A DNA stretch of 63,464 nt, counting the filler, from Octopus bimaculoides (Eukaryota), in NCBI RefSeq assembly GCF_001194135.2. It is 5 parts of 5 records of this genome, joined end to end, with 100 filler letters (N's around TTAATTAATTAA, not from the genome) between each part and the next. Parts side by side here need not be neighbours in the genome. Positions count along the whole stretch, not along the records: positions 1 to 19,893 come from NC_068983.1; 4 more parts are not named here. One strand, given 5' to 3'. The translations under genes were made by a program, and so were the position numbers. This document shows positions 1 to 11,633 of this stretch, piece after piece. Under the pieces are notes generated by a model. The model worked only from the letters and a program-made list of their open reading frames with translations, did not search any database and was not told the origin of the DNA. Positions within the stretch are counted from its first letter, which is position 1. Each line of letters opens with the position of its first letter.

Positions 1-8
1 GTGACCTG

Positions 9-13
9 AATAA

Positions 14-97
<84 letters not shown>

Positions 98-107
98 CAA
101 CAACAAC

Positions 108-166
<59 letters not shown>

Positions 167-186
167 TAATAATAATAATAACAACA
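9..186. repeat. (AAT)n microsatellite with AAC interruptions
   Basis: Direct reading of tandem AAT/AAC triplets. Confidence 0.98.
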
Positions 187-189
187 TAA

Positions 190-345
190 AAATATCTTAG
201 GAACGAGAACCCAGGTTCGAAATTCCCTCAGGACACCTGATTGAGGCTAGAGGGTATATCAGCCGAAACGTTGTGTTAACAACAAACAATGTAAGGACAA
301 ATATCCGTCAAATATAAATAATGTACATAATTCCTCATCTTTTAC
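190..345 (+). mobile_element. Penelope-like element terminal (pLTR) remnant
   Basis: GAGAACCCAGG...GGACACCTGA..AGGCT..TATATCAGCCGAAACGTTGTG..AACAACAAAC..ATATCCGTC; near-identical segments recur at 22594-22810 and 22976-23037. Contains the CTGA-N-GA / GAAAC core typical of PLE ends. Confidence 0.7.
231..277 (+). ncRNA. Minimal type I hammerhead ribozyme motif (variant core CTGATTGA)
   Basis: Stem I GACAC/GTGTT, core CTGATTGA (237-244), stem II GGCT../.AGCC, GAAAC (265-269), then GTT; palindromic AACGTT replaces stem III. Confidence 0.55.
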
Positions 346-368
346 ATATAGAACTGCTATATATATAT

Positions 369-404
<36 letters not shown>

Positions 405-990
405 CTTGAGAAATGGGTTAACCACAAGTTAAGGCAAGATGCACAAATACATAATCTGCAAAGTAGAATTTGTACATTTATTATAGTAATGACACTTGTA
501 GGACTTCTGCTTCCTTCACATCGGAATGTAGACACATAAACCTCCACGATGAGATTTGTATGTTTATACATATATGTAAGCAAAATTTTGCACGAGTGTG
601 CGTGTGAGCACTTCCAGGCACACACACACACACACACACACACATGTATATATGTACTAAATTCTACAAGACTGTCTGTGAGCGCCCAATAAGCGCTTTG
701 ATATTCACTCAAAAGTGTCTTTGTTTTTTACAGCATACACAAACGCAGATACATATATATATGCATATATATATATACACACATGCGTACACACATGACT
801 ATATACATATATATATACTTGTATATATACTCATATACAAACTCACTCTCGCGAGAGTTAAAATGAGATATGTGGTCTTCTAAACTTTCACTTTGCTACA
901 TGAATATCGCTCACAACACCTTTGCAGTTTATATTTCCACTGCAAATCCATGCCGTGCTCTTAAATCTGTATTGATGTCATTTGATGCAG

Positions 991-1104
991 GTACTGTGGC
1001 ACTAAACTAACATACGCAGCAGTGGAAAGACCCAGTAACTATCTTGTCCAAGCTTGCGAACACGGAAATAATATCGTTTTGGTAGCTAATGAATGTGAAG
1101 AGAG
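991..1104 (+). CDS. Candidate internal coding exon (phase 2-2, 114 nt): YCGTKLTYAAVERPSNYLVQACEHGNNIVLVANECEE; product not recognised
   Basis: Acceptor tcatttgatgcag|G at 990/991, donor GAGAG|gtatga at 1104/1105; only one frame is open; non-repetitive, protein-like composition. Confidence 0.5.
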
Positions 1105-1415
1105 GTATGAAATATGAGCTAATTCAGATCCCTCCCCGGGGATCTGAATTCTAAGACGCAAAACAATAAAGAAAATGGACCAGTTTACTGAGAAAGTAAA
1201 GCATGGATAGCCGAAACCATAGACACACACACACACATGTATATATATATATATATATATATATACATANNNNNNNNNNNNNNNNNNNNNNNNNNNNNNN
1301 NNNNNNNNNNNNNNNNNNNNNNNNNNNNNNNNNNNNNNNNNNNNNNNNNNNNNNNNNNNNNNNNNNNNNNNNNNNNNNNNNNNNNNNNNNNNNNNNNNNN
1401 NNNNNATATATATAT

Positions 1416-1580
1416 AAGACTGGCTTCTTTCAGTTTTCGTCTGTCAAATCCACTCACGACGCTCTGGTCGGTCCGGGGTTATATAAGAAGACACTTGCCG
1501 AAGGTGTCACGCAGTGGTACTGAATCCGGAACTATGTGGTTGGGCAGCAATCTTGTTACCACACAGCCACGCCTGTACCT
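1416..1580 (-). mobile_element. tRNA-derived SINE family A, 5' half
   Basis: Reverse complement of GGCTGTGTGGT..CCACATAGTTCCGGATTCAG..GGCAAGTGTCTTC..GTGGATTTG..GAAAACTGAAAGAAGCC; A-box and B-box-like motifs; many copies in the window. Confidence 0.85.
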
Positions 1581-3168
1581 ATGTTTAGATCTAGAAATAA
1601 AACACCTGATAATAATCGAAAGTAAATATCGATCGAAACGTAAAGTTAAATATTAAACGTGTCTATAGCTAAAGATGAAGTTAATAACCCAAAAATTTAT
1701 AATCGCATTAACAACAATTCATCTCTCAGACACTTAGACATTTCAGTGTATACTAAATGAGAAATTATTGACTTCATAGTCCGTCACGAAAGTTCATATG
1801 ATATATCATTATATCCTTCGTCATTTTCCAGTTTAATTCTTTTCCTTATGTAATTTTAACTACTCAGATTTTGGTAGGAAATTCAAATAAACCCTAAGAT
1901 GATATACTTAAGTGGCACATAAATGATTGAATTCTAGTTTGATCTTTTCACAACCCTTTTTCTTTTAGCTTGTATGTCTGTGCATTTCTCTATCACTATA
2001 TTTCTGATAGATGTATATGAACACTGATATACACACACGCAGACTCGGTGGAGCAACCACACACACGCACGCGTACAGAAACACACATTCACACGTACAT
2101 ACATGCATGCATACATACATAAATGCATACATACATACATACATACATACATACATGCATGCATACAAGCATTTAGACTATATCTGTAGACATTAGATAT
2201 AAGTAACATATAAGTATAGATAGGATGTAAATAGAAAGTGAAAAAGAAAAAGAAGTCGTACGGGAAAAACCTTAGCTATTTACAGACACAACCATACATA
2301 TAAACACAATCACATGCATAACACACGCGAACATACATAAAATAACACACTCACATATCGGTGTGCTGGGAAGGATAGAAAGAGCGAGTGAACAAGTGAG
2401 AGAGAGAGAGAGAGACAGACAGAAGAGAGAGAGAGATGGAGAGAGAGAAAGAGAAAGAGTGAGAGAGAAAGAAAGAAGAGCCATGGTAGCTGATATATTC
2501 AGGTAAATCAATGAAAACGAAAAGAAAGTTAAAAAGCTAAACTGATATCTCGATAGATAAATAGGTAAGAAGATAGATAGAAAAATTTTTTTAGATATAC
2601 AGATCACGATATATAAATTACATTAACATATCTCATTAATCAGACTATTTTATTTATTGAATGAATTATTAAAACGCGTGTGTATGTGTCTGTTTTTCTC
2701 TTTTTAATGTATTGAGTTAATTTTGACCAGCCACCTATTCGATAGCAAGGCTGTGAAGGAAAGTGTCTAATTTTGTTCGTCTGCTTTTTAATAAATCTTA
2801 AAAAGATCTTTCAGATACACTGTCTTCTTAGATATACTGTGTCTGAATAAATGATTGAGATATGCACAGCTGGAATATATTTGACTATACGTATGCTATA
2901 TCAAAACATGGCTCGGTCTGAATAATAATATGGATTGTTATTTGCGCATATACCAAATTCCATGGTATATAGGACTGTCATAAGAATGTAAAAGCAAAAT
3001 AATGTTACTTGGAATAATGTCTTGGAACAATCGAATATACTGTATTTTTGAGAGGAGGACATAGCTTTTGACTTATCATCTCTCGCATCTTTACTACTTA
3101 CGAGCAATTACCGGAGCATAATTCATTCCCTACTTGCTTACGTCTGTTTCACGAAGACATTGTCTCTG

Positions 3169-3170
<2 letters not shown>

Positions 3171-3199
<29 letters not shown>

Positions 3200-3210
3200 C
3201 TCTCTCTCTT

Positions 3211-3267
<57 letters not shown>

Positions 3268-3392
3268 GACACACACAGACACAGACACACACACACACAT
3301 GTACGAGCACAAACACATGCGAACACACACACACACATATATATGGGTGTGTACATACATACACATACTGAAATCTATAGATAGATAGATAA

Positions 3393-3473
<81 letters not shown>
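3171..3473. repeat. Compound microsatellite (TC/TCTA/CA/GATA)
   Basis: Direct reading. Confidence 0.95.
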
Positions 3474-3474
<1 letters not shown>

Positions 3475-4933
3475 GTGTGTATGTTATTTATGGGGAGCTG
3501 CCACATCAAGCTCACCTTTTTAAGAGAAGCTATAAAGATCTTTGGCACTCCACTCATCCCTTGACAAACTTACAAAAAAAAAAGCGAAAACAAGAGAAAA
3601 AGTTTTCATCAATGAAATATCATATCTTCCCTTTCTATTTGAGAACGTTGCACATCTAGTGCGATTGAGAAGGCCTCTTTTAAGTCGCTTGGGCTACTAG
3701 AAATAGCAACCAGGTGGACATAAATAAACCTTAAAAAAGGAGAAGAGCACATTAAATAACATAATTCTATACATATTGTGCCCGAAAGAAAAAGACAAGA
3801 TGTTTGCGGCTGAAATATCATTCATCATAGGTTTTCTCGATTAGAGCAAAACTGTGACAAAGCAGCTACAGCAGCAACAGCAATAACAGCCATAAACTAA
3901 CATATCTCACACATTTTTTTCTTTGCACTATTGATTCTTGACGATAAAATGCAAAAACATTTTTTTCAAATTCTAGTGAATAAAATCGATTATCTTAAGG
4001 AAGTTTCATTAACAACAATGACGGGCCTATGATACTGGATCCAACTTGTAGAATTTTACCATATCATTATTTTCTCTTTTATTGCCTTTCCTTATTTTTT
4101 CTTTCTTTCTGCTTTTTTTTTTTTTTCCTTTTTCCCTCCACGATACGTGATTTATGATGAAAAAATCACATTCTGTTAACGATGCATCTTCCTCTCCTCT
4201 TTGTGTTCTCATCAGAATATTACGAGGGAGAAAATAAAAAAGAAGGAAAACATCACAACTACAGAATTAACTGCTAAAATTGTAACGTAAATGATTACAG
4301 GAACGACTTATAGAAGTTGCCCTAAGTAGATGAAATGGCAGGAGCACTGTAGTCTAATTAGTAACACGGTCACCGACATAGAATAAATTAATTATTCGTC
4401 TTGTCACTGGGTAAGCTGCACTTGGCAATTCTGTAGTATTACTATAAAAGTGGCACAAAAAGTGTTTGCGATGTCCCGTATACTAGACACTAGATGGAGT
4501 TTATTATATACCATAGGAAAAGAGACAGGCAGAATTGATAGCGCTAACAAGAAAATCATTTATATTTATGGTTAGAATCTTCATATTCTGAGTTCAAATC
4601 CGTCCAAATTGCTTTTGTTTTTTATGCTTCCGATCAGAGGTAGACAAAATAAGTAATAAATTTTAAGGTCAATATAATTAACTATATCCTTAAAAGGTGT
4701 GACGCCACAAGGTCACGGTTCAAGGACTTAAATCAGTAAAAGAATAAATGTATGTGAAGGATTGTGCAACATGATTGAGCGATACGAGCATGCGATTAAC
4801 TGTAAAGAAGCATGTTATTGATCATTTCATTGTAAACTGGCATTTCGAGCAATCCTGTGCGTAATATCAATGAAAGTATAACCTACAGAAAACACACACG
4901 CACAAACATATATATGTAGATAGGTGTGTGTGT

Positions 4934-5000
<67 letters not shown>

Positions 5001-5461
5001 NNNNNNNNNNNNNNNNNNNNNNNNNNNNNNNNNNNNNNNNNNNNNNNNNNNNNNNNNNNNNNNNNNNNNNNNNNNNNNNNNNNNNNNNNNNNNNNNNNNN
5101 NNNNNNNNNNNNNNNNNNNNNNNNNNNNNNNNNNNNNNNNNNNNNNNNNNNNNNNNNNNNNNNNNNNNNNNNNNNNNNNNNNNNNNNNNNNNNNNNNNNN
5201 NNNNNNNNNNNNNNNNNNNNNNNNNNNNNNNNNNNNNNNNNNNNNNNNNNNNNNNNNNNNNNNNNNNNNNNNNNNNNNNNNNNNNNNNNNNNNNNNNNNN
5301 NNNNNNNNNNNNNNNNNNNNNNNNNNNNNNNNNNNNNNNNNNNNNNNNNNNNNNNNNNNNNNNNNNNNNNNNNNNNNNNNNNNNNNNNNNNNNNNNNNNN
5401 NNNNNNNNNNNNNNNNNNNNNNNNNNNNNNNNNNNNNNNNNNNNNNNNNNNNNNNNNNNNN

Positions 5462-5512
<51 letters not shown>

Positions 5513-5665
5513 CGTGTGTGTGTGTATGTGCATAAACATACGTCTGTGTGTGTACGTGTGTCTCTGTGTGTGTGTGTGTGTGTGTATGTGTGATCTATAT
5601 ATGTGTATTCATGTTTTCGCGCGTATACGCATTTGCGCGCGCGCAAATAAAATGAAGGCACTTAC

Positions 5666-5768
5666 CTAAACATACGTATACACACATACGAATGCATAAC
5701 TGAAATCTGTCATCAAAAGGAATATCTTTTAATGCAAATGAGCGCATGGGGAAATAGGTAAAATGTGC
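5666..5768 (-). other. Candidate spliced exon on the minus strand (103 nt), coding status uncertain
   Basis: Acceptor tttatctttgttacaag|G, strong donor TTAG|gtaagt; one open frame AHFTYFPMRSFALKDIPFDDRFQLCIRMCVYVCL; an upstream strong donor CACG|gtgagt lies at 6511. Confidence 0.3.
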
Positions 5769-6063
5769 CTTGTAACAAAGATAAAATTGACGTGAAAAAA
5801 AAATCAAGATAATGATGATTACTCGAAAATCTTATGTCAAAGGATCGAAAATGTACTCTGATATACTTTCAAGTTAATAACCAAATACATCCATGTATTC
5901 TTTAGAGTCTCTTTTCGCAATTTTATCTTTCATGTACAACCGGATTTTTTTTTATTTTTAAATATTACATATTTTTTTCCATTCAAATAAAAATGACAGA
6001 TCAAGGAAAAAAGGAAACTATGTACTAATGCATGAAGTGGGAAAACTATATCCTTTGCTGCTA

Positions 6064-6071
6064 TTATGATA

Positions 6072-6133
<62 letters not shown>

Positions 6134-6146
6134 CATCATTATTATT
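6064..6146. repeat. (ATT)n microsatellite
   Basis: Direct reading. Confidence 0.97.
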
Positions 6147-7730
6147 ATGTGCTTTCAGTTCAAATGTGAATATTTTATCTATATGTGTATATAAATACAC
6201 AGACATGCACAAACACATACACGCACACACACATACGTGTATATATATATATTTATATATATATNNNNNNNNNNNNNNNNNNNNNNNNNNNNNNNNNNNN
6301 NNNNNNNNNNNNNNNNNNNNNNNNNNNNNNNNNNNNNNNNNNNNNNNNNNNNNNNNNNNNNNNNNNNNNNNNNNNNNNNNNNATATATATCCGTCTTTCT
6401 CTCTCTCTCTCTCTTCTAAATCATTTTTATCTTTCTTTTAAGCCTTAACCACACACACAGTGGCATGTGTGTGTGTGTGCGTGTGTGTGTTTTATATGGG
6501 CCAAACTCACCGTGCTTTTACATCAGAGAGCAATCGCAACACAATATATCACACATCACAAGAATACTTCCATACTCTATAAAATTCCTCACAAAAATAG
6601 AAGATTAATCAAGGAAGCCACTTTCATATCGTAACACAATTCCAAAATAAACACGCAAATATCACATACATCAAAAATAATTAACACATGGCTACTAACA
6701 TAGAATACTAACAGTCAAAGATTTAGACGATAAACACAACATAAATTTTATTGTGACAAAACAAATTAACAAGTGACTGCTAACGTAGAAGCCTAGCAGT
6801 CAAAACCCTTTGGCGTTAAAGTCTACAAAAATTTCACTATTATATAAGAAGCAAAGCAGAAACCAAATTTCTTTCATATTCTGAAAATTTGACTGCGGCG
6901 GTCTTGTAACTTTGAATGTTTCAAACTGCATAGTTCAATAAACTAAGTGCATTACTAGACTGCGTCGCAAAGAGATTCATTTTACTGAAACAGATTGACA
7001 GTAGTCGCTTCCATACGAACACTGAAGTAAAACAACAACTTATATGTGTTTTAATTCATACTTCGTTGTTGCGTTGATGTTAGCACTTCTCTACCACTTC
7101 TATATCTCCTATTGTTGCTTTTTAGCATTTCTACGCAGTTTGTAGTTTGGATATTTTTCAATTTTTTTAAAATTTTAGTAAGCACATTCATTTTGTAATT
7201 ATGTTGTTTTTCTTTGGTACATCAAAGTCACGTAACGAACTCATAAGGGGCCTGCTATATATCATTGCCCTGTTTATGTTTATGTCATTCTCCTTTTTGT
7301 CCCAAATGTGCTTTGACAGAGACGATGATTTTGTAAATGTTTCTGAATGAGTTTAAGTGTTATATGTATATAACTTTAAATATATATATATACGACATAG
7401 TGTACACATACCATGAGGATTCGTCTGCATTCTTTCAAGAAATATGTCAACCTTTTTAGTATAAGCTCACAAAGCCCTGATGAGATTTTGCCCCATATAG
7501 TAAAAGATGATGACCAATTCTTAGCATAGGACCCTACCCAAATGCTTAGACTTACTAATCAACTAGAGGCATGAATCGAAACATATATGTAGGTTTTTTG
7601 GCATGTCATTTCTTTTAGAGCTTTATAATTTATTTGTATTGTTCTTATAAAAAAAATCTTTCAACCTCATTATATCATACAAATAAATTATTTATACATC
7701 CATAATTCTCCATTTTCTTCCTTTCATCAT

Positions 7731-7767
<37 letters not shown>

Positions 7768-8024
7768 NNNNNNNNNNNNNNNNNNNNNNNNNNNNNNNNN
7801 NNNNNNTGATAAGAACCGCCTCATGTCCGGTCCGAATGAATTGGTTGTATTGTAATATAAAATAATTGTTCGTCATCAACTCTAAATATATGAACTTTGT
7901 TTTGATTTTCATATTTTTATTCTTATTATATATGGTTGGTGGGTTACTAAAATTGAAAAACTGGTAGAGAAAATAATTGCGGTTCTTAGTTACTTCACTT
8001 TACGCCCTCATTTTTCAAAACCGA

Positions 8025-8270
8025 TCGGTTATAAAAACCTCTTCGAGGAATGTAAGGACGCAGGCTGGAAATCAAAGTGTTTTCCAATTGAAATTTGATG
8101 TAGAGGAATCATTGAACACAATGTGAGGCGATTGTTGTTGTTGCTAGGCCTAACTCATCGTAAAGCAAATACTATCATGAGTGATATCCAGACTGCAGGG
8201 GACAAGGCAAACCATTGGATTTGATTTAAAAGAGACGATGAGCAATAGCTAGAAGAATATTGAGCGAAAT
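8025..8270 (+). mobile_element. 3' end of a decayed R2-superfamily (HERO-like) non-LTR retrotransposon, restriction-like endonuclease C-terminus
   Basis: Translates YKNLFEECKDAGWKSKCFPIEI*CRGIIEHNVRRLLLLLGLTHRKANTIMSDIQTAGDKANHWI*FKRDD, matching the Y..L.EEC...GW....P.E.GCRG motif; two in-frame stops; a homologous copy lies at 55245-55530. Confidence 0.7.
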
Positions 8271-8687
8271 CTAGTAACCAGTTGATCTAACAATCGGGAC
8301 CCCAAATAGCACGCATTCTCACCTGATGATCTCATAAAGTATGCAATGCTTTCAACTAGTAACACATCTGCAAGTTGTTTGCAAAAAATCTGTATATCAG
8401 TTTTGTACTAATCAGCCTTGTACTGATAAAATCGACTGCTTTATACACGCACTCACTCACACACATAAACCAAATGCATATGGTAGACATTTTATTTAAT
8501 GTAATGTAATGTGACACGTATGTGGATTCTCAGCCGCGGTAGAGTGGCAGATAGAAATCCTTAGCAATCTTTATTTACATCATTTTACGTTCTGAGTGCA
8601 AACTTAAACGTTTTCCTTTCTTCCTAGATCAATGAAATAATCTTCATACTAGGGGTGATATAATCGAAATTTTATTTTCGAGCACCC

Positions 8688-8841
8688 ATAAAAAGCGAAT
8701 AAATTTTACGTCCAAATTGATTGGTCAACGTTCATGTGTTAAGTACATCCATAAAATTTATTGGTCAACGTTCATGTGTTAGCATCTATAAAAAGCGAAT
8801 AAATTTAACGTCCAAATTGATTGGTCAACGTTCATGTGTTA
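8688..8841. repeat. Short tandem module with three copies of ATTGGTCAACGTTCATGTGTTA
   Basis: 22-mer at 8720, 8760 and 8820; the larger unit ATAAAAAGCGAATAAATTT.ACGTCCAAATTG is repeated at 8688 and 8788. Confidence 0.9.
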
Positions 8842-8994
8842 ATTACATGTAATACTTTGAAGGACACTTTATTAATTATTAGGGCGAAATATTTTATAAT
8901 TGTATCATAACGCAAGTATATTTATATATGATTGTAATACAATTTTATACACGTATACATACTTATATGTGTGTGTAACTAATATAGACACTCT

Positions 8995-9180
8995 TTCGGA
9001 GCTGGCAGAATCGTTACCACATCGGATAAAATTATTAGAAAGTTTTCTTCCATTAAAAATATTTTTTTTACGTTCTGAGTTCAATTCCGCTGTAAAATAA
9101 GTACCAGTTTACCACTGAGGGTTCGATGCAATTGGCTAACCCCCGTCTGCAAAAGGAGAGGCTGAGTACGTAGAAAAATT
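8995..9180 (+). mobile_element. tRNA-derived SINE family B
   Basis: GAGCTGGCAGAATCGTTA...TTACGTTCTGAGTTCAATTCC...AAATAAGTACCAGT...GGTTCGATGCAATT; same consensus as 14304-14730, 36425-36635, 48475-48700 and 61880-62090. Confidence 0.8.
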
Positions 9181-11109
9181 ATCTTCTAATTTCAGTAGGT
9201 TTTTTGAGATAAAATGTTGTTATCGTTCATTTTACAAAACATCTTCACTCACGGCTCATGATTGCTTCTACCATTCCCATGTATCGCAGTCACGTAGTCT
9301 TAACATATGATAGGTTGTTCAGGTGAAATTTCATTTTTAGACACTTCGGGAATTTATTAGAAAAAGAAATTCCTTTGTTTTATGCTCTTGTTCATTTCTT
9401 CGCGTTGGTTTCAGAATTATATATTTTTATTCCTTAAAATAACTTCATGGAACTGTTTCTTTTCTAATAACACTATTAACTCGGGTTGAAAAATAAATCG
9501 CAAAGTTTGAGAAAAAAACTACGAACATACAAGTCGTAATAAATATCATCGAGCTGAATCGTCAAAAAAAAAACAAAATGGTAGAGAGTTGGAAGAAATG
9601 TAGCACAGTTTTTTAATGACATCGTTGTTGTTTGATCAAAGCACAACGCTGAGAGAGCAAACCTGTGACCAAAGGCCTTATAGCCATAACCATTTCGCCC
9701 TCAAAAGGGTGCAAAGCACTGCATTGTTTAATGTGACAGTCATTTTTCAAGACGATATGGTTTAATCTCAGTGAGATGTAACCGCTATTTCTACAAGGCT
9801 GAACAACCTCATCGAGATGCTTTTGCGGTGTTCCTTTTTATTTTCATCATAATCATTTTTTTTTTCATCATAATCATTTAACGTCCGTTTTCCATGCTGG
9901 CATCGGTTGGAAATATATTCATTTTTAGTTTCTGAATGCAAATTTCTTTGAGGTACTAATATGCCCTTGATATTCTTTTTAGTATTTTAGTAGTTTCATC
10001 TATTTCATCTAAACCAATGCTGGAACTCTCACTTCCAACTGCGACTGCCTATATCGATTATATTGACCTCAGTATGTTATCAAGTACTTATTTTATTGTC
10101 AATCAAAGAGGAAAATGTGAAGTTGTAAGTGCGAAATTTGAACTCACAACTTAAAAGAGACGTAACCATACACCACAAAGTATTTTATCTGACGCTCTAC
10201 ATAGTCTTCTAAATTGTCGCCATATTTCTAAAGTTAGATAAATCCCAGTAACGTAAAATAGATCTGTACTTCCAATTTTAAAACATTTCTCGCCGTTTGA
10301 TCACAAGATATATATAATATAATGTACCAGCTGAACCTAGCCAATACTTCCGGGAAACTAATTTTGTTATATTATGTTGTCCTTGTCGGACATCCGCTTA
10401 TTTTGGCGTTTATATAGTACATTGCTTTCATTTATTCTTCTTTTATTTCCCTTTGTGTCCATAATTTCATGTGTTTCTAGCAATAGCTGTTAACTCTCAT
10501 CTGTATAAATCTATTCTGCTTCACATTATATCAGACATTTTGTTTCTACATCTATTTCTTTGTTTCCTAACAGCTCTAAGAAAGACAGTAATATTGGTCT
10601 TATTTGTGTGTGTATCTGTCACAATTTGAGTTACAACTTAAAATGCCAATTTTTAAAATTCATTTTCTGTCTTTCACTTAACCATCATTGATTTTGTAGT
10701 ATATTAGAGAAAAATAACAAAGAGTTCAATCCTGTATTTTTCATATTTCACAGATTTTTTCCTTTTAAAATTTTAAAATTTTACATATTTTTGCAAAAAA
10801 AAAGTAATAAGTCGCTCTTATAAATACGTTTTCTTTAACTAGTCTCTAGCTACGATTCTTGAAATGTTTTACACAACAAACTGCACTCTGACAATCTCCC
10901 TCCTCGAATGCGAACGAAGTTTCTATCAAAAAGCATAAATGAAGAGCTGAGCGAATGACGAAATATATTACAATATATACGTTTACATATTTTCATGTAT
11001 GTACACTTATGTAAATGCCATACTAATTACTGTCTGACACTTAATATAACGATCTCTGCTTGTTGAAACACACAAACTTGAACTTATTGGACATGAAGGC
11101 CTCAACATA

Positions 11110-11297
11110 TACAAAAATGCTTATTTCCTGATCGTTATAGTTACAGACAAAAATGCACGACCAAAAAAAGCACACGCAAAAAATATGCATACATTTGTTT
11201 GTATATTTATGTGAGCGTGTATGTATCACTGTGTAGATATAGATAGATAGACACAGACAGACAAAGAGATTAGATATATAGATAGATAGATAGATAT

Positions 11298-11372
<75 letters not shown>

Positions 11373-11567
11373 CATTTCTTTTATTAGCCACACAGGGCTA
11401 GATAGATAGATAGATACAAAAATGCTTATTTCCTGATCGTTGTAATTACAGACAAAACTGCACGACCAAAAGCACACACAAAAATATACATACATTTGTT
11501 TGTGTATTTATGTGAGTGTGTATGTATCACTGTGTAGATATAGATGGATAGACACAGACAGACAAAG

Positions 11568-11632
<65 letters not shown>
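11110..11632. repeat. Local tandem duplication (~300-bp period), each unit ending in (GATA)n
   Basis: ACAAAAATGCTTATTTCCTGATCGTT..TTACAGACAAAA..GCACGACCAAAA..TGTATCACTGTGTAGATATAG occurs at ~11110 and ~11415. Confidence 0.9.

Positions 11633-11633
<1 letters not shown>

Noticed and set aside
2868-2921. WNIFDY peptide resembling a voltage-gated channel S2-S3 motif
   Set aside because: It is followed by non-hydrophobic residues and a stop within 11 codons, with no donor; probably chance.
3680-3729. Minus-strand terminal exon that would complete a ~44-aa membrane micropeptide with exon 5666-5768
   Set aside because: Most of the segment is a copy of the dispersed GCTAGAAATAGCAACC repeat also seen at 54050-54080, so its coding look is likely fortuitous.
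8688-8841. CRISPR-like repeat-spacer pattern
   Set aside because: There are only three repeats, spacers 1 and 3 are duplicates of each other, no cas genes are present, and the context is eukaryotic.
10850-10950. ECERSF peptide resembling the hAT dimerisation motif
   Set aside because: Six residues only; flanking hAT motifs are not recognisable.
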